Shown here: positions 60,021-64,000 of the stretch, piece after piece | Numbering within the stretch: position 1 is the first letter of the stretch | Layout: each line of letters starts with the position of its first letter | DNA from: Blastocladiella emersonii ATCC 22665 | Lineage: Eukaryota > Fungi > Blastocladiomycota | Length of the DNA: 64,000 bases | Direction of reading: 5' to 3' | NCBI GenBank assembly: GCA_025594325.1 | Contig: JANHCV010000009.1 | Coordinates: 372,001 to 436,000 of the forward strand | The notes under the pieces: generated by a model | What the model was told of the DNA's origin: nothing | The model's database searches: none | Seen by the model: only the letters and a program-made list of their open reading frames with translations | Made by a program: the position numbers and the translations under genes

Positions 60021-61302
60021 GTTTTGTGTGATGGCTTTTTTGTCCGAGGAGCGCGAGGAGGGGTAGCATTCTTGGGGCGAGTCTTGACGGTTGCAAACGT
60101 GCGTTTACCACGTTTCCGAGAGCGTGGACGAGACAAAGACAGAGACCGCGACCGCGACCGGGACCGGGACCGGGATTGTTGCTGGGACAAAGGGTGTGCG
60201 GCAGCCAATTGGGTGTTGGAGCGGGTACTGGGCTGATGTTGGTCTCGGGAACGTGGGCGAGACGTGACAACCGTCGGCTTCCGGAACGTTTGGGTGAGCG
60301 AGATTGTGACCGAGACCTGCGTCGTGAACATGATTGCGAAAGAAAGCGGGAGCAGGAGCGTAAACGAGAACGAGAGCGAGAGCAAAGCTTTGGGCCCGAT
60401 TGCACACTTGCGTGCGTGAAAAAAAGATGCACGGGATGATAATGCATCCGTGTGCTCTCTCCCGTCATTGATCGCAACTTTCGGGAGCACAACAAATGGG
60501 GTGGCGGTCCGCTGCACGCAATGATGTATTTCCAATCCTCGGGTGCCTCGAGCCGAGGTTTGGACCGACAGGTTTCCAATCGACGGTTCACCTTCGAGCG
60601 GGTCCAAGAGACGCAGCCGGACGTGCTGCAAGCGCTCGTTCAACCAGCGTAGCAAGTGCGACGTCTCCGCAAAAGCCCTGTCCGGGCCCGCAGTGCGCGT
60701 CAAATGCGGTTTTGATAGCGTTGCATCAAGTGCTGTCACTATTTCATTCGTTTTATTCGCGGCAGAGTCGTGGCAAGAGAGAGAGGAGCCGCCACGCCAC
60801 CGTTCTGCCGCGTAAGTCGCAATCAGCTGCACGTGGTCATCGCGCTTCAGATCATTTCTGTCGTTGCCAGTCCGTGGCCCTGCGTGAAGCGTCGTCCTGA
60901 CGAGAATACCATTTCTTAACACAAGCTCCTTACCTTAAGATTCTCACATATTGCGCTCGGGATTCTCCTCTGGCCCTGGGCTCCGAACACTAGGCACGCG
61001 TCAAGTCATCTGAACCCTGACGGCACCGCGTTCTTGGTCTGTTGCAGCGTGCGAAAACGGCCGGTGAGCGAAGTAATGCCTTCCGCAAGCTACTTGTCTG
61101 TCAACGCGTCCAGGTCGGCTTGAGTGACGCGCAGTTCTGTAACGCGGATCACACGGTCGACCGCAGTAACGATTACAGGCGTGAGCCGAACTCTTCCATA
61201 TCCTGCGAGGCGGTGCTGTGGAGTGCGCCTGCCAAGCGGGAGGATGAGGCGCCGGTAGGAGTTTTGGCAGCCGTGCGCTCGCTACGGCCAACGATGCGCC
61301 GC

Positions 61303-61580
61303 TCAGCGTGCTTGCCAGGAGCGGCGAGTGTGACGCTTTTGCGCGCAATAGAGCTGTGCTAGTGTCTTCGAACACATGCCTTGCGCTGTCGCGTTATTGA
61401 TGAACGCTAGGCGAGGTGCGGGCCGCGTCTGGAAGACATAAGCAGACGTGTGGCGATCAAGAAACCGCCCGAACCCGTCGGCCGATTGGCCTTGCGCCCG
61501 CACGAGAGCGATTCACTCGGTGACCCACTTGGGATGATGCTCGGGATCAAGTATGGTGGTGATGGCCTGCGGCGTTCGGC
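61303..61580 (-). pseudogene. Decayed gag-like sequence, copy 2
   Basis: QAITTILDP..VTE*IALVRAQGQSADGFGRF..RLAFINNA aligns with copy 1. Confidence 0.45.
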
Positions 61581-61780
61581 TCGTTGGAACGATACGCGCC
61601 GCGCCACTCACGTGTAATGACCCTCGCCTCGTCCTGCCCTTGCTTGTGCGTCGCCCAAGTGGCCACTTGGACATTTCAGGGCGAGAAGATCAGATGTGTA
61701 TTGCAAGAGGACTGATGCCAAAACGAGTGAGTGAACCAATAGCTGTGCAGCAACAAGAGTCATTGAGCAAGCGAGTTCGC

Positions 61781-63076
61781 TTAGTTGAACATGCCGCGAA
61801 GCCCAGGCAGCGCGGCCATGAGCGACGAGACATCGATATCCGAGTCCGAGCGCGCCGTGGTGCCACGAGAAGAAGCGGGCGCTGTAGCGAGGGTCGGGAC
61901 CTGCTCAAGAGAAGGGCTTGGGGCAGGCCGATCCGCGACCGAAGCAGGAGGAGCGGGCCGAGCCGCGCGCTTCTTGAACTTGGGACGACGTCGGAGTTTG
62001 GGGTGGTTCTCAACATGGTCGAGTACGGCGGACAGGTGCGGGGCAAGTATAAGGTACCCCTGGAGCGAAACACCGTCAAAGGTACGGCCGCCCTCGCACC
62101 AGGTGTTTTCGATGAGCCAGTCAAGGATACGGATAACTTTGTCGGGGCGGACCTGCTCGAGACCCGGGAGATCGGACAGCGCAAGCGTGATGAAGAATTC
62201 ATTGCGAAGAATCTCGACGACGCGCGGCCGGTCAAACGCGAACTCGGTTTCGGTGAGCAGCTCGAACGAGTCCGCGTCCCAGCGGCTCAGCGCGGCGAGA
62301 GCGAGATACACGGTCAAGCGGACGGGGAAGTTGCAGTCCGGGTTGAGGGGCAGGTGGTCCTCCCACTGCTTGTTGATTGACATGGCGGACGCACGGGCCC
62401 ACGTGAAGAGCGGAAGGTACACGCCAAAGATCGCGTGCGCGTGCTGGGCAGTGTGCATCAGGACAAAACGGAGGACATGGGCGTGGCCGAGGCACGAGAC
62501 GTGGACCAAAAGCTGAACGATCGAGGCAACCGGGTTCGTCGTGAAGAGCGGGACACGATCCGCGACCGCTACTTCACGGATCTGCCGGTTCACAAGGGCT
62601 TTGACTTGTTCGACGCGCTTCTGCGTGAAGGGCGCATCAGACGTGTGAAGTACGGCAGGAACTGAGTCGAGGAGGCGACGCAGCGCCATGACGATGATGC
62701 TTGGAAAATCGGATGGATCGACGGGGCGCGTTGTCTCAGGGCGAGTGTTGCTGCGGACGGGCGCGCGGCTATCAATCTTGCACTGCTCGAGGTACGCGAT
62801 GAGGTTGGAGCGCATGCTCAAGTTCCAGCGGCCGCGATACGTTTGAAGCACGTGCGCGGGTGTGGAGATTGAAAACTGCGTATTGATCCAGGCGAGTTTG
62901 AGGCGGTTTGCCTTGCTCGGCTCGGCAAGCTCGCGGCTGGCCGAGATCACGCAGAGGCGAGGCATCACGAGAACCACGACGTCGGCAAGCAAGTCGGACG
63001 GCAGATCGTGAAGTCCGAGCGGCTGGTCGGCTGGAGCGGCCTCGGCGTGTTGCGGCGAGTTGCATGAGCTTAACAT
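61781..63076 (-). CDS. F-box-like family, A-only subfamily, intact
   Basis: MLSSCNSPQH..LHDLPSDLLADVVVLVMP..ASREL..LAWIN; paralog of 53536-54846. Confidence 0.8.
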   Translation of the reverse strand: MLSSCNSPQHAEAAPADQPLGLHDLPSDLLADVVVLVMPRLCVISASRELAEPSKANRLKLAWINTQFSISTPAHVLQTYRGRWNLSMRSNLIAYLEQCKIDSRAPVRSNTRPETTRPVDPSDFPSIIVMALRRLLDSVPAVLHTSDAPFTQKRVEQVKALVNRQIREVAVADRVPLFTTNPVASIVQLLVHVSCLGHAHVLRFVLMHTAQHAHAIFGVYLPLFTWARASAMSINKQWEDHLPLNPDCNFPVRLTVYLALAALSRWDADSFELLTETEFAFDRPRVVEILRNEFFITLALSDLPGLEQVRPDKVIRILDWLIENTWCEGGRTFDGVSLQGYLILAPHLSAVLDHVENHPKLRRRPKFKKRAARPAPPASVADRPAPSPSLEQVPTLATAPASSRGTTARSDSDIDVSSLMAALPGLRGMFN

Positions 63077-63217
63077 TGCAAGGAAGGGTATGATGATGTG
63101 CGAAAGAGAGCCGACGAGCCTTGACGCGAGCTCCGCGAGCGTGTGAACAGCGCGCCAACGCGTCGCGTCGCGTCGCGTCGGTCACGCGGTGGCGTGATCC
63201 GCACTTGAGTTCTCAAC

Positions 63218-63246
63218 GCGTGACTGTCTCGCGGCGTGTCTCACGC
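63218..63246 (-). promoter_or_regulatory. GAGACAGTCACGC motif upstream of A-only copy
   Basis: Minus strand GCGTGAGACACGCCGCGAGACAGTCACGC, about 145 bp upstream of ATG 63076. Confidence 0.5.
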
Positions 63247-64000
63247 TCACCCTTTCTTGAGGTCCTTGGACCCAAAGTCACACCGGCAGCTATTCTTTCC
63301 CTTCTCTTCATGGTCGCGGGCTAGCTGTTGTCACTTCTGTTACGCGCTCCATCCTACGCCCATGAGTGAAGTAGCCGCCGCAGCCCTCGACTCTCGCGAG
63401 CGCTGACCCGACTCGACGACGTCAAGTAGGTTCACATTGTTGAGAACAGACTCACGGGCGCGTTCGCGCCGCCGCTGAGGCAGTGCTCCATGCGCGTGTC
63501 GAGGCGGACCCTGCGTTGTACAGGCTGCCAAGAGGACCAAGCGTGGGCTGCGAAAACGGCCCGCGGGGTCCTGAGATTGCACGGCACCCCGCTCACCAAC
63601 GATCACGACAATGAACGCAGAGTTAGGGTTCGGTGCCTGTTCCAGCAACAAGCAGGGCCGCAACTGGGTGTTCATCGTCTCGAGGCTGACCTGCCACACC
63701 TTGTCAGCCCACTTTGTAGGATAACGCCCGAAACGGACGACGCGGGGACCTCCGATCCATCGAACATGCACCTTTCTATGAGCCGCGCTGGAGCGGCGCT
63801 GAGTTGGTCAGAGCCCAACCCCTTGAAACCCGTCCAAGCCAGCGGCGTAGGGAGAAATAAGGACAAAGAGAATACAATAATGTAGCAACGTAGAGTGCAA
63901 TGCCGTTCATATACTATCTAGCGTTTACAAGAATTCATCATAGCCCGCGTTGCGGGTTCCGATGTCCCTATCTTGATGTGTTCTAATCATCGGCAAGGCA

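Noticed and set aside
63340-63885. Overlapping ORFs at the window end
   Set aside because: No recognisable motif, splice structure or bias to choose a frame.

Overview
Eukaryotic, GC-rich, intron-containing DNA from a zoosporic (flagellated) fungus, probably Blastocladiomycota/chytrid-like. The basis is an RSPH1 radial-spoke gene alongside fungal-type Rxt2-like and CRT10-like genes, with GT..CTRAC..YAG introns. Two kinds of territory alternate. (1) Housekeeping or single-copy blocks: a Csp/DUF326-like gene, Rxt2-like, two tandem class-A-like GPCRs, a metacaspase-like gene lacking both catalytic residues, deoxyhypusine synthase and MetRS (1.4-13.7 kb); then RSPH1, a PAS-like protein, CRT10-like, CCDC137-like and SF3A1 (40.6-51.8 kb). 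(2) A birth-and-death array of an uncharacterised family with an F-box-like N-terminus: 12 copies plus a remnant, as A+B, A-only and B-only forms, 6 with intact ORFs. All five primary TE insertions lie inside members of this array: a chromodomain Ty3/gypsy element (itself carrying a nested TIR transposon in its 5' LTR), two solo LTRs, a long-TIR element and a 3-bp-TSD MITE. Most differences between paired repeats are CpG transitions. Best leads: the F-box-like array and its shared promoter dyad, the GPCR pair with a TM7 lysine, the pseudo-metacaspase, the Csp-like protein and the CpG decay. All calls are by eye; no searches were run.
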